Origin: Klebsormidium nitens
Taxonomy: Eukaryota > Plantae > Klebsormidiophyceae
Reading direction: 5' to 3'
NCBI GenBank assembly: GCA_000708835.1
Contig: DF237148.1
Coordinates: 84,556-148,555 of the forward strand
Length of the DNA stretch: 64,000 bases
Shown: one piece after another, positions 12,295 through 24,524 of the stretch
How positions within the stretch are numbered: position 1 is the first letter of the stretch
Layout: each line of letters opens with the position of its first letter
Program-made: the position numbers and the translations under genes
Notes under the pieces: generated by a model
What the model was told of the DNA's origin: nothing
The model's input: only the letters and a program-made list of their open reading frames with translations
The model's database searches: none

Positions 12295-14142
12295 CTATGA
12301 TGTACCCCTGAACTTCGTTTCCTCCAAAGCCAACCGGGCCTCCCTTTCTATCTCCTCCAACCCCAAACGCATAAGTCTACCCTCCGGAGAATACACGCCG
12401 AGTGCCTGGAAGAGGTCCAACATTAAACGCTATTCGCCTACGCCAAGGCCCACACCAAAGGACACCAAATTACATTCGCAGTCGTACTTCACTCGGCGCC
12501 CCCGGACTGAGTGGGTGGCCTTCCCGAGCAGCCGCATCTTGACAAACTTCAGCACGGGGTCGCCAGTCGGACCACCCAGTTGTTGCCGCAAGAGCGGCGC
12601 GCGCTCTAGCGGCACTGCATCCCAACTCCCGTAGACCTCAAGCCTCAAGCCGAAGATCTCGACTACGATTATCGGAACAATTCGATCCAGAAGCTGCGTA
12701 ATGAGTGGCCAGTCTGGGGCCAAGGATTCTGCAATTGCGTGCAAAGAATAATCGCTCAGCCACGGAGCTGCGATACTGTGAGGAATCTAGCGCCTCCGCT
12801 GCCCCCTTTCTTACAGAAAGCTCGGCCAGCGAAATCAGCATTGGAGGGCTAGAGAGACGCCGATCCCTAAGCGACTGGCAGCGACTGGGAAGCCTTGTCG
12901 CTCAGACACCGTCCGCAGCGCGCGCCCGAGCACTTCCATCAGGACTTCCGTCACACATCCGTCACGTCATGCAGCAGCTTCGAGGGCGACGTGGCACAAT
13001 CACACAGCGCCACCTCAGCAGGAAACTCTCTGAGCAGCCCCGGGAAGGTGTGGATTCACAAAACGTTTCGGACAGAGCTTCCCCGCGGTGAAGGTCGACA
13101 ACAACATTGCCAGCCTCGGTCAGCACTCCGGATTGGAGAAAGTCACGGTGCCCAGGAGACCGCATCGGGGCTCCAAATGCAGGCAGGCAGCGGGACGGGT
13201 GGGCGAGAAGCAGAGGAGGCGAAGCAGAATGACAAAATAGCATCAAAAATTTGCACGGTGTGGAACACCAAAGTCGTGAGTCACTGACTGGTTCTCCATA
13301 CTTTGGAACTTCGTTTGCCGGGTTGTGCTCATGCCTCCAGGCAAGGAGAACTTGCACAAGGACGGGTTCTCAGACGCACACGAATCTCTGAAGAACGTTG
13401 AAAAGAGCAACCTATCGAGACAGCGTAACTTCCATCAGAAGTGACGCACAGATGACTGCAAAAATACCTTTTGGCAATATTGCCCCGCATTGGCGTGCGG
13501 GTCGAGCTGCGTGCCTTCAAAACCAGACTTTTATTGTCGAACACTTGGGTAGCGGCTCCATTCCCTGTTAACAAGATGTTGATATGCAGATTCAGTCAAA
13601 TTTTCGGACGGGAGGATGCCAGTCAGAACAATCTAACAAACGAGGAATCTTTCTGCTCACAAACGTCGAGCAGGTTTTGTGCAAGACGTGGGGAAAGCAT
13701 TCTCAACATAGGCCTAGAAGGCCGTTCTAGAATCTCAAAATTTGGAATCAGGGAGTTGATGCGGACCTCGTAAGGTCTGACAATCTCAAGGGAGCAGGAC
13801 GCTCGACATAGGCCTAAAAAGACCGAACTAAGGTTTTGAGGGGGACAGCTAAGAACAAGTAAACGATTCTGACAGCAACTATTAGCTGCCCTTATGACGG
13901 GGCAAACATTCAGCGGCTGATTCTGGTTGTCCAAGCCGTCTCTGAGCCGGTACGCAAACGTCCACACATCATCGTGCTGCCCAATCACCTTTCCGACGTG
14001 GTCGGACATCCACCCTGCAGGAAGGTCAAGCATTTTGCAGTCTTTGATAGTCGAAGTAATCTAGCTTCTAGACATCGATGGCTGCGTAATCTGGATGTTT
14101 GCCTCCGGAATAGGTATAGTAATTTCCGTTGAAACGCACGGT
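12295..14142 (-). pseudogene. Decayed gene of unknown family
   Basis: Frame 12744-12295 reads through a single TAG (12430-12432) into RLMLDLFQALGVYSPEGRLMRLGLEEIEREARLALEETKFRGTS. Further stop-interrupted protein-like fragments lie at 12.8-14.1 kb, with an acceptor (ctgcAG) at 14143. Confidence 0.4.
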
Positions 14143-14179
14143 CTGCAGGGACAAAAGAAGTGGAAAATTAGCATCTGCC

Positions 14180-14582
14180 CTCCTCATTCGTTTCACCGCT
14201 CTCCCAGTTGGCTCGTTGCTGCTCGCATTCCGCCCCTCTGCTGCGGATCCGCTGCAAGCCCCGCCCGGACTTCCCCCCATGCTTGCGCTCTTCGCCGTCT
14301 CCTCAACAATCCGCCGCCGTTTCCCCCCTGGCAACACCGCCTCCTTGGCTTCACTGCCGCTTTGCGTACCATTCCCTCTCCGACTCTCCAAAGCTGGCTC
14401 GCGCGTATCTCCGTCCGCTTCCGTTGCGCGCGGCCTGAAGGACAGCTCGGGGGACGGGTTTCGCTCGACGGCGGGGCTCTCCGCCCCAGTGTTGGGCGGC
14501 GGTTCGCTGTTTTCGGGGAGGCGGATAGGCTCCGCCGGGGGAGTCGCACTGGGCTGCATGTCAACGTCCAGACCCGCGGCAT
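14180..14582 (-). pseudogene. Truncated copy of the SET gene (N-terminal part of the large exon only; no SET domain)
   Basis: QPSATPPAEPIRLPENSEPPPNTGAESPAVERN... is near-identical to 2817-3219, with the same acceptor. Similarity stops abruptly at ~14180. Confidence 0.88.
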
Positions 14583-15878
14583 CTGCATGAGAATGAGAGG
14601 AAAGTTCATTTTCTGACCGCTTTCTAAGCTTCGAATGAGGAACTGTTGCCGACCAGAACGGGGCACAGGTTTCGTCCTTCGAAAAGCGTTAAGGGTTCAC
14701 GCGCTTGCCTTTGGATTGCAGCGGAATCAAAGTCAACTGGAATCGGACTCCAATGTTTACTTTTCCGTGCTGGACCTGCGTCGGGCTTGAGAACGATCCG
14801 CTGTTTCAAGGACGATGCAATCAGAGCCAGTAAGAAAATAGCGCAGGACTGCCTCATTGAAGCAGACCTTCCGTTTTCAGGGTAGAAAAGATTGGATGCC
14901 AGAAGCAGATTCTCATGTTCTTAAAGAGGGAGATCCTGACCCGTTGGTCTGGCAGTGGGGAGTCTTGGGCACGCTATGGTGACCGTGAAAGAACCGACGG
15001 CGCTCATCCGCTTGGGAAGGCTGCACGCGCAAAAAAATTGAAGGGTAATTCACAAGCACCAATGGCAGCGTTCAACTAGCAGGAAGATATGACAGGAACA
15101 AGAATGTTCAAATGGAACTGGAAAGATTCTGTGCATTCTGATCAGGTCATCCTTAGACATCATCTGTCCGCACTGCTATTGAGAGCGCCACCAGCTCTTG
15201 ACCACTCGCGGTCGAGCACTGGCCGTCATGCCAACTTCTATGTCCCTGCCAATGATAAAGCAGCTGGTCTTACCTTGGTTGCCCTGCATGACCCCACATT
15301 ATCTTCATTCTTCTCTGACGTCGCGCACACCTGAAAGGCCTAAGCGCCGCGGACGATCCTTGACATGGGAACAAAGTGCTTAACAGCAGCAATCTGAACT
15401 CCAAGGCCTTGACCACTGCCAGAAACACGCAACAATGTGTGAAAGAGCGCCACGAGCCCCTCTGTCCTGGCAACGCGAAGGTTGCATTTCACTGCATTCA
15501 ACCTCAGGCTTCAGCTGGCTTCAGCTGAGCTGCTCCACGACAGACATTTCACCATATTTCCAAACATTGTTTCGACGTCAGAGCTGAGGAAATTTCATTG
15601 GGTTTCGAAGGCTTCGATTCGAAGTGCTCAGTGTTGATTCAGCCTGCACAAGCTCGTAGCAGCGTCGAAAGTCCGTGACGGGACAGATGCACTCTTGCTC
15701 GGCGTCGAACTTCGACTCTCGCTAAGGTCAAAATAAATTGCTCGAATTTAATCCGCTGATTGAATTCACATGCAGTCCTTCACAGTTCTCCTCAGGCTCA
15801 GGCTCCATCATGACATGCAGCAGATAGCAGGGTGTCTCATGCCAATGGTCATCTGACGCCCAGCGCCTTGCCCCAACA

Positions 15879-18800
15879 ATGGCGCCCAAAGCTGCTGTTC
15901 CCAAGGCTTTGGAGCAATCTGTTCCTAGTGACATCTTCCAGCTGACTCACAGCTTCTTAAGCGGTGTTGCTGTGTTTGAGCCAAGAAGGATCAGCGAGGA
16001 TCAAACTGGCATCGCTCCCGGCGCAGACGTTGCATCCAATGAGATTGGGGAAAGTTCAGTCGGTCCAGACTCTGCTAAAAGCTCAGCTGCTCCGGATTCT
16101 AAGCTGCTGGAGTCTGCAGTGGTGTCGGGAAAAGCGCCTCATAATCATCAAGAAGCACAGGAGTCTGCTTCTAAGGAAGTGACAAGTGACGTTGCTAATG
16201 ACATAAGAAATGGTGATTTGATTGGAGCCACAGGGGCAGGTCAGGAGAAAGGCGAAGAGAAGGGCGCGGAGATGGGCAAGTGGTCATGCCTTGGTTGTGG
16301 GAAGGTCGCCTTTGAATCTCTTGAGGAGCAGCGGGCACACTATCGGTCTGATTGGCATCGACTAAATGTGAGTGAAAGGGGACGAACTGTTCAGCAATTT
16401 GTGGACAACTGTGATTTGTGTTGATTGTTGGCTAGGTTGCTCACAATGATAGATGGATTTTAGAAAAAACGATGGTGGCATTAAGTAGGCAGGTCTGTCA
16501 TTCCCAGACTGATCACATAGTGGTGGTTGTTTCTGACCGTGAGAGACCAGCGCGATGTGTAGGTGCTGCAGGAAAATACAATAAATTGTTCTCTCAAAGC
16601 TTAAACACCATCAAGCGTGTCCACATCTCCCCACCAGGTGAAGCGCCGCCTTAGTCATAAGGACCCTCTTTCTCTGGAGAGTTTTGAGTCCATGGTGGAA
16701 GAGGGGCCGAACAGCGACATTGAGAGCATATCTGGCTCAGAGAGTGAGGATGAAGCTGAAAGAAGTGGGGCAAAGGTGGGTGCCAGGACTGCACGCTTAG
16801 TAAGTGTGTCGTGGTTAAGGACACTCGCAGTTTTGTCAGTGCATGTATCTAATGTTCTTCAAGTATGTGTCTTTTAAGTCTTGCATTGAGTTGAATGAGG
16901 CATGGCCTCTGAATGCGCGTGGAGTGGCCTTGTTGCGATTCAAAATATCGAGAGAAGGAACATCATTTCGTTATCTTCTGCTTCATTCCCGAACCTGCTT
17001 TACAGCCATGCTTTCATAGCGTCGAGCTGCCCCTCAACCTTTGGTGGTCACCAGATCACTTTGACTTCAACAAGCAACCTTTTCTGTTGCACAGCAGCCA
17101 AGTCATCGGAGTGCGAGGATTGCATTCCAGACCTCAGCAAGCGTTCCTTTCTCCATTTGGAGGTGCCTGATTGGAGGGGAGAAGGAGCAGCTCTTTGGCT
17201 TTCATGACAAGGTCAGTCCAGATTTCTCACTCTCCGGGCTGCAAGTTTCTCAAGAACCTTGCAGATTCTATGGTACTCCCTCGAGACGGAGCTTCTACAG
17301 CCGTGCTTGGATTGTATGCATGCAGCAAAGCTGTGTCGTTTCTGGCTCCTGCCCTCTTTCTCTGTCGTGAATCACATGATGATTCTGCCTTGTGCTGTTG
17401 AACACTCCTCGTTCCACATCGCCTGTTGCAGAAGGTCACGGCTGTACATGACATCAAACACACGAAGTGCGTTTCTACCCTGATGTTTGCGTTGAACGAT
17501 ATTAGGAGTCGTGAAAGAAAATTCACATCCACAGTTGCCCCACGTGTCTCCAGGGTCATTGAGGATGCCCTCAACTTTCACAGGTGCCGCAGGGGCGAAC
17601 TTTCCTGATGCAGGTTCACAAAGTTCCCTCGAAAGATTGCGTGGCAGTCCGAACTTGTCAATCGTGTGCAGGTTCTGTCTGCTGACGAAACAATAGCCAG
17701 CTTGAAAGCGCTTGCGGACCCAGGCCGGGGGCCCTGGGTGGTTCTACTGCTCAGTGGGGGCCACTTTGCGGGAGCGGTGTTCGACTCAAAGGGGCAGGTC
17801 CTAGTGCACTCAACGGCCCACAGGTACATGGTCGTGATATTTGATTGTTGCTTGAGACGATTTTCAGCCAACTTCAGTTAATTACACAAATCAAGAACGT
17901 TCAACCTCGGGTCAAAGGCTGACCTTCTCGACGCAGCTCCTGGATGAGGTGTAACCAGTACTTTCAACTTCGTCTTCGAATTTTCCTGGGAAATCAGCAC
18001 TGGGCAAAGATTGTACTGACAGGCCCAATAGATCAGGGCAAGAAGAGACGTCGCCGACGGAAGACAAAGGACGGGTCAACAATTGACCAGCCTTTCCGTG
18101 CCAGGTACGTCGTGCGTGCAAAGCAGGGGGGCCGGCAGTCGGCCAAGGACAACACCGGAAGGGCGCCGAAGTCGGGGGGCGCATCACTCCGTCGCTACAA
18201 TGAAGCTGCTCTGGAAAAGGTTCGTCGTCTGAGTTATGTTTTGCAACGTTTGTATCCCTGAAGTAGGTCTGCTCGTCTTTGGAAAACCTGTTTGCTTGTC
18301 CGAAAAGTTCTTTGATTGTTTCTTAAGACGACTTGAGTCTGAACGAGTTTGCAAAACAGGGAACTGGCCGAGAGACTGCGTCAATAAGACGCAGCTATGA
18401 ATCCCTCCGTGGTACTGTCGATTGTTTTCACCACGAAGTCGAGAGTTTCGACGACAGGAGTAGAGATTTTTCCAAGGCGCCCTGATCACGGTGAAGTCAT
18501 AGAATCAATTGATCCACAGTGCAAATATTCGATCTGAGTAGATGCGTTATGGCTCTTAGACGTCTCACTCGTGATTGCCAAAGATGCCTGTCAAGGCCTT
18601 CCGGTATAACTCAAGCACATAGCCAGCAACTGTCCCCGATAGAATGGAGAAGCGCTCTGGCGTCGAATGTGTCTCAGAAAGTCAGCAAAGATGCTTACTA
18701 AGTATCCGTTGTGACGTCACTTCTACCCCAGGACGTCAGGGACGTGCTTGCCAGCTGGCAGGAGCATCTTCGAGCAGCCGCCCTCGTCTTCGTACGAGCA

Positions 18801-21800
18801 TCTTCTGCGGACCAGAAAACGCTCTTTCTTGGTCAGTGCTTTAGCCCGGCCCTTGTCTCAGTCTTCGGTTTGTTCCTTTTGCAACCAAACTCGGTCGTAT
18901 TGTGCAGGTACTCGTTGCGGAGGGCTGTATATGCTGGTAAACGAGGATCTAGCATCTTAGCAGGAGATCACCTGAGTGACTCTTCAACTTAGGAGCCGTG
19001 GCCGTTTCACTGTGTGCGATACTGATCTGTCCGCCACTTCTGGCGCCTACTTACGATGCCGAAGCACTGTGGTCGCAAAGCGCCTGATGGCGTCAGCGTC
19101 GGTAGGGCTGACGTCTTCCTTGGCGGTTGCTCCGCAGGCGAGAACCCGCCGCTTCAGAGGGACGATCCCCGGCTGCGGCGCATCCCCTTCGTTACCCGAC
19201 GCCCGACCTTCAGGTGAAGCTGCAAGCAGCCTTCCAAGGTCCATGGAAACATTTGGTGCATTCTCGTTGCAAACGCCCGCACTGAACTTCCACGCTTTCT
19301 GGGGAGACCTCAGCCTTTGTGGAGGTCTGAAATGCTACCTGTCCGTACGAGCTCTCCCAAAGAAGGTTCTTCGAGTTTACAGTTCTGAAGCTCGTCAAAT
19401 GTCGCTTTTGTGCTTCTTTTCCGATCTTTAAAGGTTCTTCGAACGCGTAAACAGAAGAGCGGCCTTCGGACGCTACCTAGGTACATCCAACTTTCTCCAT
19501 CGTACTCTAGAATCTGGCGTCTCGCCTGTTTGCGTTCCTTATATCGGCAGTCCATTCGGATTCTGCCATTAGGAGATGCTTCGGCTCATTGGCAGGCAGA
19601 AACTTTGTTATTCACGTTATGCATTGTTGTGAACACGCGCCTTATAGGTCGCCCCTTCACGCTGCTGCGAACACCTGCCGGTCTCGGCAGGTTGCCTGTA
19701 CCTCCTGTTTCCGCCCCCATGGAAAGCGCATCAATCGAAGTACGACAAAGCCAGCAACTGAGAAGGGCTTCTTCTCTTTGCAGCGAAACGAAGCGCGTGG
19801 TCCACCTACTGGCCGCCCTCGACACCCGCCCCGAAATGATGCCCTCATTACCCGCCCCGGAGGCCGAAACTTCGAAACCCGTCCCGAAACCTAAACCTCC
19901 TAAACCCTCCAAAGCGGCCGCGCCCGAGCCGGAACCCGCCCCCGAGCCGACGCTGTCGCTCGCAACGCCGCTGCACGTGGCCAGTGAAGCAGGGGACGAG
20001 GAACGAATACAGGAGCTATTGGAAGGTAGAGTCCAAAATTTGACTCCGAAATCTGCTCGGCTTCTTCTTTACTCCCTTTTTTGCATTTGTGAAAATCGAG
20101 GCCGTCGTTCGCAACGCCGCTGCACGTGGCCAGTGAAGGTGGGGACGAGGAACGGATACAAGATCTCTTGGAAGGTAGAGCTTCGGATTCTGATACCGAA
20201 GGTTGCGTGCTTGATGGGCTTCTTCATCCCTTAGCCCTTCTTTATCCTTCTGCTAAGGAAGGACGGTAGAGCTTTAAACGCTAACACCGGAATTACTTCT
20301 ATCAGGGTTCTTCATCATGTGCGCTTGCGTACCCTTTTGCGGAGTTCGGGCATGCTCCGGTTCGGATCATGCGGGACCGTACGGCGGAGCGTTAGTGTTC
20401 CCCCTAGTGCGATCCTTAGACTGCTATCTGAAAAACTTTCTGTTGGGCCACGAAAGCTAAGGCTAAAGTACACTTGGCAGGCCGCGACTGCAAGCGGTTC
20501 ACTTAGCGAACGCTCACTTGCACATCTGGACTGTTCAGGTTGCTCCTGAGTGCAAGCATTCAGTAAACGTTCGGCTTCGAATGAAAGCTAACATTTGCAC
20601 GAGGGCCGGAAGGCCGCAAGGATCGACGCCAAAGCTATGCTAGTACTCAGCACCAAAATAGTGGCGCGCAAAATTCGCTTTCAGAGAGCATTCCCGGGTT
20701 GATCATCTGCTGAATCCTTCCCGTGACAGGTGGCGCGGACCCGTGCGTGCGGGACGAACGAGGGCGGACGCCGTACATGGCAGCGAAGGAGAAGGGCGTA
20801 CGGAACGTTTTCCGGAGGTAATCTCCACATTTCTGGGCTCTGTAAAAACCGTGAAAAGTGGACATCGACGTCCAACTTCAGTCTGCAATTGGTGTTTGTG
20901 GATCCGTTGGGATATTGGCGCGCGCAACGTGATCTGCGGCGCGTGCCGTTATGTGCGGCGCACGGCGTCATGTGCCGCGCACGTTGGATCTAGTGGGTAA
21001 ATGGGTTGTCGTATTCAAGACGGTAAAGCCGCGGCGATCTGGCCGGTCTGGTAGCCAGAGGATGCAAAGCAAAGGAAGAACATGCGCGAAAATGAAAGAA
21101 GTGCACGTAGTCTCATTCTCGGAAGGTGGCTGTTCTCACACCGCATTCTCGAGCACCTTGAAACAGATCCAAGAAGCGGGATCGCTTTTATCTTTGACTT
21201 TTTCCTTCTCGCCCAACCACAGCGACCTGTCTGAACAAACCTTGTGCTACTGTTACGGATCAGTGGGCCTACACTCCCTTATCCATTCCAGCCCCATCTT
21301 GTATCTTCCCGTCATCATATACCTAGCTCTCTGCAGTGACTCTTTTCCGCTGCCCACAACTCCTACGACTGTGACGAACATACTGCTTCACGTTCTTCGA
21401 CCAGCGAAGTCCCAGTCTGTTTCCCTACGATCGTAGCCAACATGGATTTTAGGGTTTTTCTTCTCATTTTGTTCCCCAAAATCCCACCCACAGAAACGTC
21501 TTGGTTTTGCGCTTTCGTTCGCTATGCTGTGCTCTTTGGCGTTTCTTGCGACAGCAGCCAGCAGTCCCTCATTCTTTGCGCAGATTTATGGCGGCGTTCC
21601 CCGACCGGTGGGACTACACTCTCGCCGCCATCCCCAGCCCCCTGACGGAGGACCAGGAAGCCGCGCAGGAGGCGAAGCGAGCGGAAAAGGCGGCCAAGCG
21701 GAAGGAAGTGCTCAAGGAGCGGAAGAAAGAAAAGCGCGCGCAGGACGCGGCCGCGAAAGCCGCGGAAGAGGCGCGGAAGAAGGAGGAAGAGAGCGCGGCG

Positions 21801-22803
21801 CTTGCGGCTGCAGCGGCGTCGGCGGTGCGGTATGGGAAGGGGAAGGGGCTGAAGGCTGTGCCACTGTCGAAGGCCGAGAAGGAAGAGGTAAGGACTGAGG
21901 TTTCTTGCGCTCTGGGAAGATGGAGCCACTTTGATTCTGCCTCCTTGCTTCATGCTCTGGCCCTATGATGTGTCCCCTGTCCACCTGAACTGCAGACCGC
22001 TTGGAATACTCAGAGAAGTAAGACGACTTTGCCGGCGAGCTCTTTGTCCTTTGGAGCGAAGAGCCGTTTTGTTTCATTTTTCCAATTTCTCTTCTGTGCC
22101 ATTTGAAGCCCTGCTCGCAGTCCGCCGAAAGGTGCTGGTTCGATTGCTGGCTGGAAGAAAGTAGTCGAACGCTTCACGGAACCTTGCAAATGTCTTTGTA
22201 TGCACGTTGTAACAAGGTGCTGCATGTTCGGACAACAGAGTATGCTCGTGCGCACACCATCGACCAGTAAAGATGACGAGCCATACGTCTTCGATGGTTA
22301 CCGAGAGGATCCATACACATAATCTGGCCACCCGTTTCGTAAGGATTATTGAGTGCATGACCACTCAACTCTATCTGAGCAGCTCCGCATAGAAATAGCT
22401 TAAAGCTTCTCCATAAAGGCCTGTCGCGCCTTGTTTCTTGCTGGCACCAGTCGCTCACGCACTGGTGGTCGAAGGTGTTTGCCAATGCAAAGAAGAAAGC
22501 CGTCGTAACGGCGCACAGCAGATGTACATGTCGCCTGTTTTCCTTTTGCAGGCTTTGGTGCGGGCCCGTCGAGCCGAGCGAGAAATGAGGGCGTTGGCCG
22601 CAGAGAAGCGTCTGCAGCCGGTTGAAAGTAGCTCGTCTGGAGTCGGAGAAAGCGCACCAAAGCAGGAGAGTAAACAAGCGAACGTGTGTGACTGCTGTGG
22701 GGATACCTTGGACGGAAAAGTGCCCTTTCATAGGCTGCAGTTCAAGTATTGCAGCACGACGTGTGTACGGGTGCACAAACAAGTATTGGAAGAAGAGGGC
22801 TGA
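15879..22803 (+). CDS. ANKZF1: ANKZF1/Vms1 (C2H2 finger, VLRF1 tRNA-endonuclease domain, ankyrin repeats, coiled coil, treble-clef finger); exons 15879-16367, 16638-16775, 17095-17162, [one unresolved ~17.2-17.6 kb], 17672-17823, 18105-18219, 18732-18831, 19138-19213, 19784-20025, 20730-20817, 21584-21887, 22552-22803
   Basis: Motifs seen: CLGC...FESLEEQRAHYRSDWHRLN; VVLLLSGGHFAGAVF...HR|YVVRAKQGGRQSAKD...PKSGGASLRRYNE; RRIPFVTRRPTF; TPLHVASEAGDEERIQELLE|GADPCVRDERGRTPY; WDYTLAAIPSPLT; CDCCG...F.YCSTTCVRVH. Confidence 0.95.
19959..20180 (+). repeat. Direct repeat of an exon 3' end plus 5' splice site (19959-20031 vs 20108-20180)
   Basis: tcgcaacgccgctgcacgtggccagtgaag...ttggaagGTAGAG occurs twice, 149 bp apart. 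Confidence 0.92.
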
Positions 22804-24524
22804 ATCTTCAATCAAAGGAAGCAAAGCAGCCACTTGGGCAACATCTGATTCCAACCCGCCGGGGCTTCTCTATAATCAGGCGGGCCATTACGTCGATTGC
22901 GTCACAAGCTGTTTTGACCAACGCAGTATTATCCTGTGCCAGTATTTGGCACGCATTTCCGAGAATCGTCAATCTGCTCTCATATGCGCGGATGCGGGCG
23001 GCCAAAATATATGAACAGGTTTCCATCCTGTACGGTCATACATTGCATTTCTATCCAAATCGAGGAGCGCCTATACGAAAGTCGGACAAGCTCGCGGCCA
23101 AGCCTGTAAATTTTGGCTCAATCAGTGTTCAAATCTTGGATATCATGTTAGTTTTGCAATCATTGGATTGAGCATACAGAGTAACTGAGTGGCCGGCGGC
23201 CCCGGTCCATCTTCTTGTATGTGCATGGTGTTTCAGTCACCAGGTCCGATCGACTTCGTACGGTAGCTTCGTCTAGGTGGGTCCAGCAGCTAGCGCGGCT
23301 ATATGTCACAGTTAGTAAAGTTGAAACCTAGTATAGCGGCGCCTACTACGTGATTCAAATGTTTAGACAAATACCTGACATCGTTGCGCTACAGAAGCCA
23401 GCGCCAACTGCCCCGCGGCAGCACAAGCTTGTCATTTCGGACCACGTTCGACCCGTACCCGCGCATGCATGATCCGACGACCATTTCATCTCTATGCAGC
23501 ATGGTGCCGATCTGTGACCTACATGCTAGTATGCTCAGCTATACTGGTGCCATGACAATGACAATGGATCGTCTGAGGGTCAAAAGCGATTTATAAAGAT
23601 GCGCCATGCGAAAATGGATCGCGAAACGGAGCGGCAAATCTGAAAATACCAGATCCTGGGAAAAAGGACGAACGTGTTCATTTCGAACTTACCGTCAAGA
23701 CTCTGCTCTTTGACTAGTAACTTATGTGTGCATATGTGCCTCAGTGTCCCTCTCGCTTTCCTAAATACTGATGACTATAGAGCGAGATACTTTATCCGGA
23801 CGTGCCTAATCCCCTTTGCTCGGTCCTTCATAGGACCAGGCTTGTGCGCACGTGCCTAAAAATTCTCGCTCCCTAATTTTATCCTGATCACTCCGAGAGA
23901 CTAGCTATGAACGCAAAACAATACAAGCGGTTTGAGCACGAGCTGCGGCCGTTCCGGAGTTCTCAGCACTTCAGCCAATCTACAGGCCGTTGCTCTAGCT
24001 TTAGTTTAGTTTTTCTGAATGCTCAAAACAAGACGCACATAAGAGACGCTGTGGTGCTGATGAGGATGATGACGACCATCCAATCCGCTGCAAGGACTCG
24101 AAAAAAAAACGTTCTAAGCATCTGATGCCAAATAGATTAACCAACAATTTGATTGCCCTCACATTTTACAAATATTTGGATCGAACACGCGATAAACAAG
24201 GAGAGACACAACCAAGGGAGCTGGTTGTAGTGCTTTGCACTATACCAAGACCAAGCAACGATCAGTCGGAGTATTTCGGACCGGGATATTGTACAGCCCC
24301 TACGTCCATTCATCTGGGCGACGTACTTTCATCGCTTAATCCCCCACAATTCGGCTGACGCTTAGTTCGGACCTTGACGTGGTGGCAGCTAAAAAATCTC
24401 CCGGGCCGCGATGTTGGAGGCTGAAGGCGTGGTTCAAGAGCTGTAAAATGGTGCCCATTCCTAGTTTACTCCTTTATCCTAGCTGTCGGATAATCGACGT
24501 AACCACTTCGTTTCAAGGACTCAC

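Noticed and set aside
20350-20640. GNRA-like words in an ANKZF1 intron suggesting a structured RNA
   Set aside because: No group I P/Q/R/S motifs, group II domain V or snoRNA boxes found.
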